Shown: positions 1 to 9,403 of the stretch, piece after piece | How the letters are laid out: every line of letters starts with the position of its first letter | How positions within the stretch are numbered: position 1 is the stretch's first letter | Assembly: GCA_965223845.1 (NCBI GenBank) | Contig: CBDCXR010000004.1 | Location: 1,632,001 to 1,696,000 of the forward strand | Origin: Planctomycetota bacterium | GTDB taxonomy: Bacteria > Planctomycetota > UBA8108 > SXIK01 | Length of the DNA stretch: 64,000 nucleotides | Direction: 5' to 3' | The notes under the pieces: generated by a model | Seen by the model: the letters and a program-made list of their open reading frames with translations, nothing else | Databases searched by the model: none | Told to the model about the DNA's origin: nothing | Program-made: the position numbers and the translations under genes

Positions 1-80
1 TCCGTTGAGTCCGAGTCGACCGGCGGTGGTCGAGTCGAGGGCTCGAATCGACGACTACGCCCTCGCTGGAGTTTCGTGCT

Positions 81-578
81 ATGGCCGGCCCCGACGTCAA
101 CCCGATGGATTTCCTCGATCGAGCCTCGACGCTCGTCGGCACCGAGTCGCTCTCCCGTCAGGGTGTCCGGGAGCTTCGCATCCTCAGCGAGTCCCGGTTC
201 CTCAGTCTGATTCGCGAGTTCGTCGAGGAGTCTCTCGCCGAGGTAATCGACGCGCGGCAGTCGATCCGCGGGGAAGGCGCGATCGGCGAAGACGGCGCGT
301 CCGGGGAGCCAGCCGACGGGCGTCTCTCGCGCGAGTACCAGCGCCGGTGGGAAGCGCTGAAGACCAAGCACGAAGTCGGCCTCCGGCAAGTCGAGCGGCG
401 TATCGATCGCCTGGCCCGTCTTCTGCGCGATCTCGACCGGTCGGTCGTCGAGATCAGTGACCTCGACGCGCGCAAACCGGCGGGTCGGGATGAAGCCGCG
501 CCCACCGAGGCGCCGGAGCCCGTCGATCGAAGCGTGCTTCTCCGCGAGATGCTCCTCGACGACGACGCAAAGGACTGA
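81..578 (+). CDS. Hypothetical helical/coiled-coil protein
   Basis: GGAG upstream of ATG; heptad-like segment (YQRRWEALKTKHEVGLRQVERRIDRLARLLRDL); no recognised family. Confidence 0.7.
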   Translation: MAGPDVNPMDFLDRASTLVGTESLSRQGVRELRILSESRFLSLIREFVEESLAEVIDARQSIRGEGAIGEDGASGEPADGRLSREYQRRWEALKTKHEVGLRQVERRIDRLARLLRDLDRSVVEISDLDARKPAGRDEAAPTEAPEPVDRSVLLREMLLDDDAKD

Positions 579-782
579 CGGGATCACGGCGGCGTCGCCG
601 CGACGACGCGGCCGCGGGGGAGAAACGAGACCGCAGCCCGAGTCCGATCGAAGAGTTGGCGTTCTGTTCGCTTCGCCGAGCTCGGCTCCGCTTCGTAACA
701 CCCGTGAGCGCGAGCGCTTCGGGACGTTCGTGCCTCGTCCGGGGATCCCGGCGCCGAATCCGAGAGAGATCCGGTCTAGAAC

Positions 783-810
783 TTGTCCCCTCGTTCCCCT
801 TTGGTATGAT
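783..810 (+). promoter_or_regulatory. Putative sigma70 promoter
   Basis: TTGTCC-N16-TATGAT with TG extension (TGGTATGAT), upstream of the 1084 CDS. Confidence 0.5.
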
Positions 811-1083
811 CGACGAGTGAGGAAGAAGTTTTTGCGCGAACGAGGCGCGGCTTCTTTGGGAATCGATTCGCAAACGAGGAAAATTGTCCCACTGCGGTGA
901 CCGCGGAAACACGCATCCACGCGTGTCGGTGAGTCGGCCGAGAGTGACAATTCGACCCGCGGGAATCGTGCGGTCCAGGGTTTTGGTGTGGAGAGAAACC
1001 CTCCGTTTTGAATCTCGGTTCTGCAGTTGATACTTCGCCACCGAGTCTACGCCTGGGTTGACCCTCTCCAGTAAGGCAAAGGA

Positions 1084-2583
1084 GTGTTTCGAATGAGACG
1101 CGTTCTAACCATGTGTGCTCTCGCCGCGTCGCTCGGCTATGCCGTGACCGCGCGTGCGCAGGTCGACGAGAGCCTCGTCGCGGATTATTGTACCGAAGGG
1201 GACAATTGCTCCGACGACAACCTCGCGATCGCGTTCGAGGGCGCCAAGGAAGGCCAGTCGAACGTGTTCGAGTACGACGCGTTTGCGGCCGGAACCAAGA
1301 TCACCGCCGTCTTCACGATGACGACCGTGAGCGAAGGCGTTCAGGGTTGGTCGTACGGCGTCCGTCACAATGAGGAGATCCTCTCGATTACGGATGACGA
1401 TATCGTCGTCGAAGGCACGGACGCGCAAGGGGCGCACGGCGAGAACCCGTTCGTTCAGAACAAGCAGGTCGAAGGCGGAATGATTTCCGCGTACGTCCTC
1501 GATCTCTTCGGTGCGGGCGTTCTCCCCCTCCAGACGAACACGATTCTCCGCGCGACCTACACGCTCAACGCCGACGCCGGCGTGGACGGAACGGTCCTCC
1601 AGTTCGTGAACAAGGAGATCGGCGTTCCGAACTCACCGCCCGCTGAGCTCCTCGTCACCGCCGCGGGAGGGCAGTCGAGGTTCCCGCGGAAGCTCACGAA
1701 CGCGCGGATTCAGCTGAAGTCCGACGCGCCGCCTGAGATCTGCGACGACGGCATCGACAACGACGGCGACGGCATGGTCGACTGCCAAGATTCCGACTGC
1801 GCCGACGCGCCGAACTGCCAGGGCGAATGTCCGGCGGGCGACTACATCGTGTTCTTCGGCCCGGCGGCGAGCGGCGATGCCGTCACCGTCACGGGGTCGA
1901 CCGTGATCACCTCGCGGAACTCGACGGAGCTTCTCGGCTTCCAGGTCGGCGTGAGTATCGCCGAAGATGGCGGCTGGACGTTCTCCGGTGAGCTCGGCAA
2001 CCAGGAGATCATCGAACTCGTGTTCACGGACGCCGACGGAAACAGCCAGACGCCCGTGTCCGGGAACACCGCGACGGCGACGGAGGATCCGTCGAACGTC
2101 GAGCCCGGCGCTTCGCTCGCTCCGTTTGCGGAGACCGACTTCTACTTCGCGGAGCTCGAGCCCGATCAGGGCGGAAAGGGCTTCTTCGCCGGATTCGTCG
2201 CGGACGTCGTGAACGGCGAGCTGAAGATTCCCGCGACCGGCCCGGCGGCGGAATGCGGCGTCAACGAGCTCCTCAAGGTCACCGTCGGCGAGGGCGGCGT
2301 CTCCGTGCCCTTCAACCGCGGAGATGCGGACGGCGACGGCAAGTACAACGTCACCGACGGCGTCCTCATCGTGCAGAACATCGTTGGAAATATCCCGCCG
2401 AGATTCCCGGGCTGTCCGGCGATCCTCGACGCGAACGGCGATGGGACGAATGACGTCTCGGACGGGCTCTATCTGCTCAACTTCGTCTTCATGAAGACGG
2501 CTCCGGCACCGCCTGCGCCGTTCCGCGCGTGCGCGATCGATCCGAACTCGAACTGCACGGCGGATTCGAACTGCCAGCCGTAG
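1084..2583 (+). CDS. Secreted protein: cohesin-like domain(s), Cys/Asp-rich repeat and C-terminal dockerin-like domain
   Basis: AAGGAG RBS; signal peptide ending ARA; cohesin-like pattern VQGWSYGVRHNEEILS and a divergent second one (LLGFQVGV...NELLKVTV); EICDDGIDNDGDGMVDCQDSDC repeat; FNRGDADGDGKYNVTD...DANGDGTNDVSDGLYLLNFVF...PPAPFRAC tail. Confidence 0.8.
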   Translation: MFRMRRVLTMCALAASLGYAVTARAQVDESLVADYCTEGDNCSDDNLAIAFEGAKEGQSNVFEYDAFAAGTKITAVFTMTTVSEGVQGWSYGVRHNEEILSITDDDIVVEGTDAQGAHGENPFVQNKQVEGGMISAYVLDLFGAGVLPLQTNTILRATYTLNADAGVDGTVLQFVNKEIGVPNSPPAELLVTAAGGQSRFPRKLTNARIQLKSDAPPEICDDGIDNDGDGMVDCQDSDCADAPNCQGECPAGDYIVFFGPAASGDAVTVTGSTVITSRNSTELLGFQVGVSIAEDGGWTFSGELGNQEIIELVFTDADGNSQTPVSGNTATATEDPSNVEPGASLAPFAETDFYFAELEPDQGGKGFFAGFVADVVNGELKIPATGPAAECGVNELLKVTVGEGGVSVPFNRGDADGDGKYNVTDGVLIVQNIVGNIPPRFPGCPAILDANGDGTNDVSDGLYLLNFVFMKTAPAPPAPFRACAIDPNSNCTADSNCQP

Positions 2584-2629
2584 TGAGCTCGGATCCGAGC
2601 GGCGCAGCCGCCGCTCGTCTCGACGAATG

Positions 2630-2670
2630 AATCCCGCCCCCGTACCCGAGTACGGGGGCGGGATTTTTTT
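2630..2670 (+). terminator. Rho-independent terminator
   Basis: Perfect 16-bp stem AATCCCGCCCCCGTAC / GTACGGGGGCGGGATT, loop CCGA, followed by a T run. Confidence 0.9.
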
Positions 2671-2721
2671 GGGTCGCCGCCTTCTCTGTCGATCGCCGCG
2701 AGCGTCGGAGCGGGCGGCCGG

Positions 2722-2750
2722 GTGACACGTCGCCGTCGCTCGGCTACAAT
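2722..2750 (+). promoter_or_regulatory. Putative sigma70 promoter
   Basis: GTGACA-N17-TACAAT upstream of the 2872 CDS. Confidence 0.55.
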
Positions 2751-2871
2751 TGCCATCTTCCTACCTTTGGTGCGAAATCCTCGCCCACTCCTTCCCGCCG
2801 CCGGCACGATCGCGACTGGCCAGCCGCCGGCATTCAACGACCGGGCCTCTCGAGTACCTGGGGAGACTGTC

Positions 2872-3798
2872 ATGAAGGCGGAGCTTCTGCTGCCCCTCTT
2901 CCGATCGGCGTTCGTTCTTTCTCTCTGCGTTTCGACTGCGTCGTACGCACAGGAGTACACGGTTTCGTTCGATTCGACGACGGCGACGGTCGTCCAGGGC
3001 GGAGCTGTGAACGCGAGAATCGTCCTTCGCAATACGCCCGACGCGGTTACCGGGTTCTCGCTCGGTGTACAGCACGATGCGTCGCTTCTCTCCCTCGATT
3101 CGGTCGAGCTCGGCGCGGACGTGCTCAACGTAGTCGGCGCGGCGTGTCCCGGCGGTGATCCGGACCCGTCGTTCCTCGCGATCAACGAGTCTCCGGCCGG
3201 CGGCGACGGAGTGACGATCGCCCTTCTACTCCGCACCATGGAGTGCGCGGACGGCGCACTTCCTCCCGGCGACAGCACGAACGAGATCGTCGCCTTGAGG
3301 TACACAGCGAGTGCCGACATGACGGGGACGGCGGACGTCTCGATCACCGGCGAACTCGGAGACCCGAAGGTCGAAGTGGTGCTCGATCTCGCGGGAGTCA
3401 CTCAGCTCCCGACCTCCGACGCGGATACGACCCTCACGGTCACCGTGAACGAAGCGGGCGCGGGGAACGCCCCGTACCTTCGCGGCGACGTGAACCAGAG
3501 CGGCCGAATCGAAATTTCCGATGGAATTCTGATCCTCAATTTCCTGTTCGCAGACGGGCTCCCGGCCGGCGAGGAGACGAAAAACAACTGTCTCGTCGCC
3601 TACAACTTCGACGGTACGACGAGCAACGGCACCGAGGGACAGGAAGACGCCTCGGACATCAACCTCGCGGACGGCGTCTCACTCCTCAACTTCCTCTTCG
3701 TCGCGGGGTCTACGCCGCCGCCACCTCCCGCCGGAGCGTGCGGCCAAGCGGACAACCCGGCGTCGGAGGACATGGCCTGCGACGCGTTCGGCTGCTGA
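2872..3798 (+). CDS. Secreted cohesin-like + dockerin-like protein
   Basis: GGGGAG RBS before ATG 2872; signal peptide ending ASYA; cohesin pattern VTGFSLGVQHDASLLSLDSVELG; YLRGDVNQSGRIEISDGILILNFLF...DINLADGVSLLNFLF...PPPPPAGACG tail. Confidence 0.8.
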   Translation: MKAELLLPLFRSAFVLSLCVSTASYAQEYTVSFDSTTATVVQGGAVNARIVLRNTPDAVTGFSLGVQHDASLLSLDSVELGADVLNVVGAACPGGDPDPSFLAINESPAGGDGVTIALLLRTMECADGALPPGDSTNEIVALRYTASADMTGTADVSITGELGDPKVEVVLDLAGVTQLPTSDADTTLTVTVNEAGAGNAPYLRGDVNQSGRIEISDGILILNFLFADGLPAGEETKNNCLVAYNFDGTTSNGTEGQEDASDINLADGVSLLNFLFVAGSTPPPPPAGACGQADNPASEDMACDAFGC

Positions 3799-4061
3799 GA
3801 GCTAGAGCGATCTTCCGTCTCGACCGGTTCGTTCGCGCCCTCGGTCCGCCCCCGCGACGCTCGGGGCGATTCTGCGGAGAAATCCGGGCTAGCTTTCCCC
3901 CCCGACGATACAATCGGGGTCCGCAGTCGGCTCCGCTGCAGCCGACCCCTGCGCACGACTCCGACCGCACGGGCGCGTACCGGAGTTCGTGTCTCGGGCG
4001 CACCTCGTTCGCCAGGTGAAATCGGCGAGGCACGTCCGGCGAGACGGAATTCCCCGGGGGA

Positions 4062-6152
4062 GTGGATCGTTTGATCCGGAAGACGACACCGATCGACGCG
4101 GGCATCGAGAGCGAGCGGGACTTCGAGCGCGCTGAGCGCTCGCGGATACGACCCGGTCTCACCTGCCCCCGGTGCAAGCGCGACAATTCGCAGCTGGGCG
4201 ACTTTTGCGTTCACTGCGGGTTCAGCTTTCGAGCGACCGCGGCCGAGCGCGAGGACGCAGCGAACGACCCGATGATCGGTCGGATCGTGAACGAGAAGTA
4301 TCGCGTTCTCTCCCGCCTTGGAGAAGGGGGGTTCGGGGCCGTCTACGAGGTTGAGCACCTCGTGTTCGGAAACGGCAACGTTTTCGCCCTCAAGGTTCTC
4401 CACCCTTCGCTCAGCCAGGACCAGCAGTTTCGGCGCCGGTTCTTGCGCGAAGCCGAGCTCGCGATGTCTCTCGTGCACGAGAACACGATCCAGCTCCGCG
4501 AATTCGGCGAGATGCCCGAAGGAAGTCTCTTCTACACGATGGACTACTGCTCGGGCGAACCGCTCAAGCAAGTTCTCGCGAAGGAGCAGTATTTGACGGT
4601 GAACCGCGCGCTCGCGATCACGCGTCAAATCCTCTCCGTGATGGAGCAGGCTCACGCACTCGAGATCATCCACCGCGACATCAAGCCGGAGAATGTCTTC
4701 CTCGAGCACCGTTCATCGCGTGACTTCGTCAAGGTCGGCGACTTCGGTCTCGCGAAGCGCCTGGAGGGCTCGGAAACCGGCAATATTTCACGCGGCGCGA
4801 TCCTCGGGACGCCGCGGTACATGTCACCCGAGCAAGCGAAGGGCGCCGAGAATCTGGACGAGCGTTCCGATCTCTACTCGATCGGCGTCGTGCTCTACGA
4901 AATGCTCTACGGATGCGTGCCCGCGGAGGTCGAGCCGAAGGGCGACCGGGGGCGAAAGTCCGAGCTCGTCCCTCCGGATCCCGCGCCGCATCCCGTTCCC
5001 GAAGCGGTTTGGAGGGTCACCGCGAGGGCTTTGAGGACGAGACGCGAGGATCGATACCGGAGCGCGGCGGAATTTCGCGACGCGATCGATGCCCTCCCCA
5101 CGTTCACGCCTCGGTATTCCTCGCCGGAGTCGGCGTGGCGCTTCGGACAGAAACTCTTCGCCGCCGGCTTGGTGCTCGCCGCCGTCGCCGGCGGGATCTG
5201 GCTCTTCGCCCCCGAAACCTGGCGATGGCTCGGAGACGGACTGAGGGCGATGGTCGCCGTTGCGCCTGCCGGCGAGCCCGGTTCCGCGCCTCCTCTGGAG
5301 CGGCGATCCTCCGCGCCCGACGTCCCCGTCGAAGCGGAGCCGGCCTTCTTCGAGGAGGACGTCAGGACGTTCGTCCCCTACGTTCCCGGTGACGTGCTGT
5401 CGTTCGTGACCTTTCGCGACGGGGTTCATCAGAGCGAGTACACCTACACGGTTCTCGCCGAGGAATCGCCGGGCGAGCTCACGGTGAAGATCGATCCCGG
5501 GAACCGCGTGGTGATTTGGACGATCGACGATGCGGAGAAATCGTTCGCGACGACTTTCCGCATCCTCAACGTCGAATCGGGCCACGTCTCCGAAGCGGTG
5601 AGGCGGCTCGAGCTCAAGCTGCCGGCCCGGTTCGAGGAGGACCAGTACGTCTTTGAGGGCAGGTTCGTCGACCGGCAGCCGCAGGACGTGGTGGACCTTC
5701 GCGGAAGGCGCGAAGTGCGCACACTTGCCGAGATCGACCGTGGGTTTCGCGCGGGTCTGCTGCCGAGCCATCCGCGCTGTCTAGTCGTCGAGTTTTTCGA
5801 GACCGAGAATCGAAAACACCGGCAGTACTACGCCCCGAAGCTCGGGCTCGTCGCGTCCGAGGTCATCGACGTCTTGCCGACGAAGGGCGGAGAAACGGGA
5901 GAGCGGGCGATCGTATTCGCGCGCTATCTCGTTGCGAAGGACCACGAGACTCCGCCGCCGAAGCCGGCGCCGCCAGGTGGGCTGAGTGGGAGCGCGACCC
6001 TCGATACGCCCGAGGAGCCGACCGAGCCGGAATTCACCGCTCCTCCCGCGCCCGGGGCGCTCGAGACGGAAACCGAGTCGGGCGAGGCGGACGCTCCCGA
6101 AACCGCCAGCCGCGCGTCGGCGGTTTGGCGTCCGGCGCACCGTCGCTCGTAG
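4062..6152 (+). CDS. Membrane Ser/Thr protein kinase with N-terminal zinc ribbon
   Basis: CPRC...CVHC; LGEGGFGAVY, ALKVL, HRDIKPEN, DFG, GTPRYMSPEQ; TM segment LFAAGLVLAAVAGGIWLF; external C-terminal domain and Pro/Glu-rich tail. Confidence 0.92.
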   Translation: MDRLIRKTTPIDAGIESERDFERAERSRIRPGLTCPRCKRDNSQLGDFCVHCGFSFRATAAEREDAANDPMIGRIVNEKYRVLSRLGEGGFGAVYEVEHLVFGNGNVFALKVLHPSLSQDQQFRRRFLREAELAMSLVHENTIQLREFGEMPEGSLFYTMDYCSGEPLKQVLAKEQYLTVNRALAITRQILSVMEQAHALEIIHRDIKPENVFLEHRSSRDFVKVGDFGLAKRLEGSETGNISRGAILGTPRYMSPEQAKGAENLDERSDLYSIGVVLYEMLYGCVPAEVEPKGDRGRKSELVPPDPAPHPVPEAVWRVTARALRTRREDRYRSAAEFRDAIDALPTFTPRYSSPESAWRFGQKLFAAGLVLAAVAGGIWLFAPETWRWLGDGLRAMVAVAPAGEPGSAPPLERRSSAPDVPVEAEPAFFEEDVRTFVPYVPGDVLSFVTFRDGVHQSEYTYTVLAEESPGELTVKIDPGNRVVIWTIDDAEKSFATTFRILNVESGHVSEAVRRLELKLPARFEEDQYVFEGRFVDRQPQDVVDLRGRREVRTLAEIDRGFRAGLLPSHPRCLVVEFFETENRKHRQYYAPKLGLVASEVIDVLPTKGGETGERAIVFARYLVAKDHETPPPKPAPPGGLSGSATLDTPEEPTEPEFTAPPAPGALETETESGEADAPETASRASAVWRPAHRRS

Positions 6153-6272
6153 TGCGCACCGACCCATGAGTCGCATTGGGGCGGACACCCCTCGGAGGTG
6201 GTTCTAGCGCGATTGTCGATTCGCGGGAGACCCCAGACGACTCAGCGAACGGGACGTCGCGGGCCTGCGGAC

Positions 6273-8744
6273 TCAGAGCTTCTTTCCGACGGGGAGGGGA
6301 TGCCCGAGCGTGTCTCCGTTCGCCCGGAAGCCGTTTCCATCGTGGTCGACGAAGATCGGATTCGTGAAGGCTACGGGATGCATCTCCGATTGCCAGGACT
6401 CTCCGTAGCCGGTCTCGAGCGTCGAGCCCTCGCCGACGGCGGCGACGATGATGTGCGCGTCGGTCGTCAGCGGAACCTCGACCAGCTGCTCGAACTTCAC
6501 GGCTCCGTCGGAAAACTTGTCGGCGTGATTCGCTCGCGTGAAGTTGAGAGACGGAATCTGCCGGCCGTTCACGAGAATCTGAACGCGGTCGACATCGATC
6601 CAGTTCGTGCACTGAACCTTGATGCGCACGCCGATCGATCCGCTGGCGATCGTGTGGCCGCCGACCGTTGTTCCGTCTTCGAGCTCGACCTCGAGGAAGG
6701 GGCCGTTCGTGACGATCATGCGGCCGGCCTTCGCATTGCGGATGATCTCGGCCGGGTCGATCTTTCCCGGCGCATCCGTGTGGCTGGGGATGTACGTGCG
6801 CCAGCTTCCCACTCCGTTTCCGAACACCGAATGAGCGTCCGAGACGGCGACGCAGAACATGTTTCGTCCCTGGTTGAGCAGTTGAAGCCACGCGAAGGTG
6901 CGGTTCGCTCTCCCGCTCTCGAGCCAGGGACGCGGGTTGAGGATCTCGGTCGACCAGACTTCCGCCGCGTCGATCAGTGACTCGAGGTCCACGTAGCCGC
7001 CGTCGGGGATTCCGTCCTCGTTTCGGTCGCGGAAGAACGCGCCGACGTTCGGATGGTTGATCTGCACGTAGCGATCGGCGCCGCCACCTTGAAAATCGCG
7101 CAGCACGATCGCGTTGATGCGCGGATCCTTCTGCCAAACCGGAGCACCGCCGTCCTGGACCCACGGAACCACCTTGAGCGGAAACGCGTTGAAGTGAGCT
7201 CCGCTTCCGGTGAGCTCGATCCCGACGATCGTCTTGACGGCGTCTGCGAGGCCGAGTTTCTCGATGTGCGGCGTCCAGTCGTAGAGGCGATTGTGCTCCG
7301 TCGTCGGGGCGAACTCGATGTGCTCGGCCGCGAGATTGATGATGCGGTCGTTCGTGCCGCAGTAATTGTCGCCGCTTGGAGTCGAGTGATTGTGAAAGTC
7401 GGTGGAGACCCAGCCCGTCGTGTCGACGAGGCGGCGGAAGCGCCGCGAAATCTTGACGGAAGTGCCGAGCGCGACGACCGCGAGCACCGTGTGCTGCTCG
7501 AACTCGATGCCGCGCGTGATCACCACGAGATACTCTCCGGGAGGAACCTGAACGCCAAAGCGCCCCGACTCCGAGTGGTACTGGTTCCTGCAGCCGTGGG
7601 CTTGGACGTCGACGCCGAGCATCGGATTTTCGGTTCCGGCGATACCGATGAACTGCGCCTTGCACGGAAAGACCGCGTCCGGGGCGTCCGCTTCGGCGAG
7701 GTCGAACTCGACGCGTGAGGCGACGTCCATCGGAACGTCGAGCTGCGTGGTTTCTCCTTCGCGAACCGTGAACTCGCCGCTCCGCGTCGAGCGCCCGATA
7801 TCGGAGGCGCTAAAGGTGTACGTCCCCGGGGGCAGGTCGACGTGCAGCTCGCCGGCGTCGTTCGGGTACGCCGGTAGAGTCGTTTTGTCATCGAGTCGAA
7901 TCGAGAGCGTCGCGGTCGCAACACCGTCTCCGGAATCCCCGTGAATCGTGGCCTCGAGTCGGCCCACTGCGCCGACGAGCCCGGCGATCACGCCGTAGGC
8001 CTCGGCCGGCGACGTCCCCGGGGCGATCGCCATGGCGTACGAGCGCCGTTCGCCCTTCTTGAGCTCGAGTTCCTTCCAATCGGACGACGATTCTGCTCGG
8101 CTGATCGGCGCCCACGCGTAGCCTTGGCGGTCGGTCGGGTTCTGGGCGTCCGCGAAGTGGATCCCCCCGAACTGAGCTGCGGCGCGGAGTCCTTTCACGA
8201 AGGGCTTTGGGGTGAGCTTCCATTTCTCTCCGCTGTGGAGCTCGTAGTGTGAGAGAACGAGAAGATGCCTCCACTCGGGCTCGAGCCAGTAGATATGACT
8301 CACTTCCTTGCCGCCGCCCCGAGCCGGCGTGCGATGGGCGTACACCATTGCGCGGCCATTGCCTCCGTCGGCTTCGAGCTCGACTTTGGAGAGCTGCCCG
8401 TCCTGATCTCCCGGAGCGAATAGCGTCAACTGATCGTTGTCCGAACCGCGCACGCTGAGATCGTAGACCGTGCCGGGCGTGACCTGATTGGACTTCGTTG
8501 TCATGTTGGCCTTGCGCCCTTCGAGGTTCCCCGAGACGAGCGCCTCGACGTAGCGGTTACGCAACACGAAGTCACCTTTGATTCCGTCCGCCTCCTTTCC
8601 CTTCGGGAGGTCGTTCACCCGCTCCGCTCCGACTTGGAACCCTTCGACAACCGGTGCGTCCTCTCCGCGGACGTTGGAAGTACCGAGCAATAGCGCGACC
8701 AAGGAAAGCACCGCAAACCGACAATGTCGACATCGGGAGTTCAT
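6273..8744 (-). CDS. Secreted CehA/McbA-family (PHP-like) metallohydrolase
   Basis: Start MNSRCRHCRFAVLSL with signal peptide; GWVSTDFHNHS, TEHN, GIELT...HFNAFP, INHP and VAVSDAH motifs; beta-sandwich domains upstream. Confidence 0.85.
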   Translation of the reverse strand: MNSRCRHCRFAVLSLVALLLGTSNVRGEDAPVVEGFQVGAERVNDLPKGKEADGIKGDFVLRNRYVEALVSGNLEGRKANMTTKSNQVTPGTVYDLSVRGSDNDQLTLFAPGDQDGQLSKVELEADGGNGRAMVYAHRTPARGGGKEVSHIYWLEPEWRHLLVLSHYELHSGEKWKLTPKPFVKGLRAAAQFGGIHFADAQNPTDRQGYAWAPISRAESSSDWKELELKKGERRSYAMAIAPGTSPAEAYGVIAGLVGAVGRLEATIHGDSGDGVATATLSIRLDDKTTLPAYPNDAGELHVDLPPGTYTFSASDIGRSTRSGEFTVREGETTQLDVPMDVASRVEFDLAEADAPDAVFPCKAQFIGIAGTENPMLGVDVQAHGCRNQYHSESGRFGVQVPPGEYLVVITRGIEFEQHTVLAVVALGTSVKISRRFRRLVDTTGWVSTDFHNHSTPSGDNYCGTNDRIINLAAEHIEFAPTTEHNRLYDWTPHIEKLGLADAVKTIVGIELTGSGAHFNAFPLKVVPWVQDGGAPVWQKDPRINAIVLRDFQGGGADRYVQINHPNVGAFFRDRNEDGIPDGGYVDLESLIDAAEVWSTEILNPRPWLESGRANRTFAWLQLLNQGRNMFCVAVSDAHSVFGNGVGSWRTYIPSHTDAPGKIDPAEIIRNAKAGRMIVTNGPFLEVELEDGTTVGGHTIASGSIGVRIKVQCTNWIDVDRVQILVNGRQIPSLNFTRANHADKFSDGAVKFEQLVEVPLTTDAHIIVAAVGEGSTLETGYGESWQSEMHPVAFTNPIFVDHDGNGFRANGDTLGHPLPVGKKL

Positions 8745-8917
8745 GAAAGCACCTGGGAGATGGGGCGGGGGAGCGAGTGCGGAGGGACGCGCTCGTTCGG
8801 TGGATCGAGCCGTTCGGGTCGCGGCGCAGCGAGCTCGAGAGTGGCCGCGAACGCCTTCGATCGTAAGCGCGCTCGATGCGGGCCGAAAGGGGATTTCGTG
8901 CGCGCCGGACGCACGCG

Positions 8918-8946
8918 TTGAATTCGGGCGCGGACGTTTGTATAAC
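8918..8946 (+). promoter_or_regulatory. Putative sigma70 promoter
   Basis: TTGAAT-N17-TATAAC, about 460 bp upstream of the topoisomerase A gene. Confidence 0.55.
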
Positions 8947-9403
8947 TCGCTCGACGAGTTCGCGAGTGCGAGGAGGCACGGTCGAATCGTCGCCCTAACG
9001 CGCGCCGAACCATTCGCCGAAGCACGGAACGAAGGGCCCCCCGAGGCCGTCCGGGCACGACCCGAGGAGATCGAAGGGAATCCCCGCGTTTCGACGACGG
9101 AGCTGAGCGGCCGCGTTCGTCTCGGCGGGGAGGGGGAAGAGATCGAGGGAAGAGAGAACCGGAGGAAGCGAAGAGGAGCCTCTCGAGACCGCCTCGAGTA
9201 CACGCCGCGTTCGGGCTTCGAGTCGACGGCGCGTCGGCGGTCGCGTGCAGCGTGCTCGTTGCGGTTCGCGGAGTACCGTGCACTCAAGTCGTAAGGTCGG
9301 ACGCGCTCCGACTTAAACGACGAGCGCCGCGTCCGCGATTCCGTCTCGATGGGATTCGAGCTAGCTCGAACGCCAGACGCTCCTTTGGTCCGATCGGGAA
9401 CCA

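Noticed and set aside
858-952. Cobalamin or c-di-GMP riboswitch
   Set aside because: Only fragmentary resemblance (GGGAA, TGTCCC, GCAAAC); core conserved elements not found, so kept only as an unassigned structured leader
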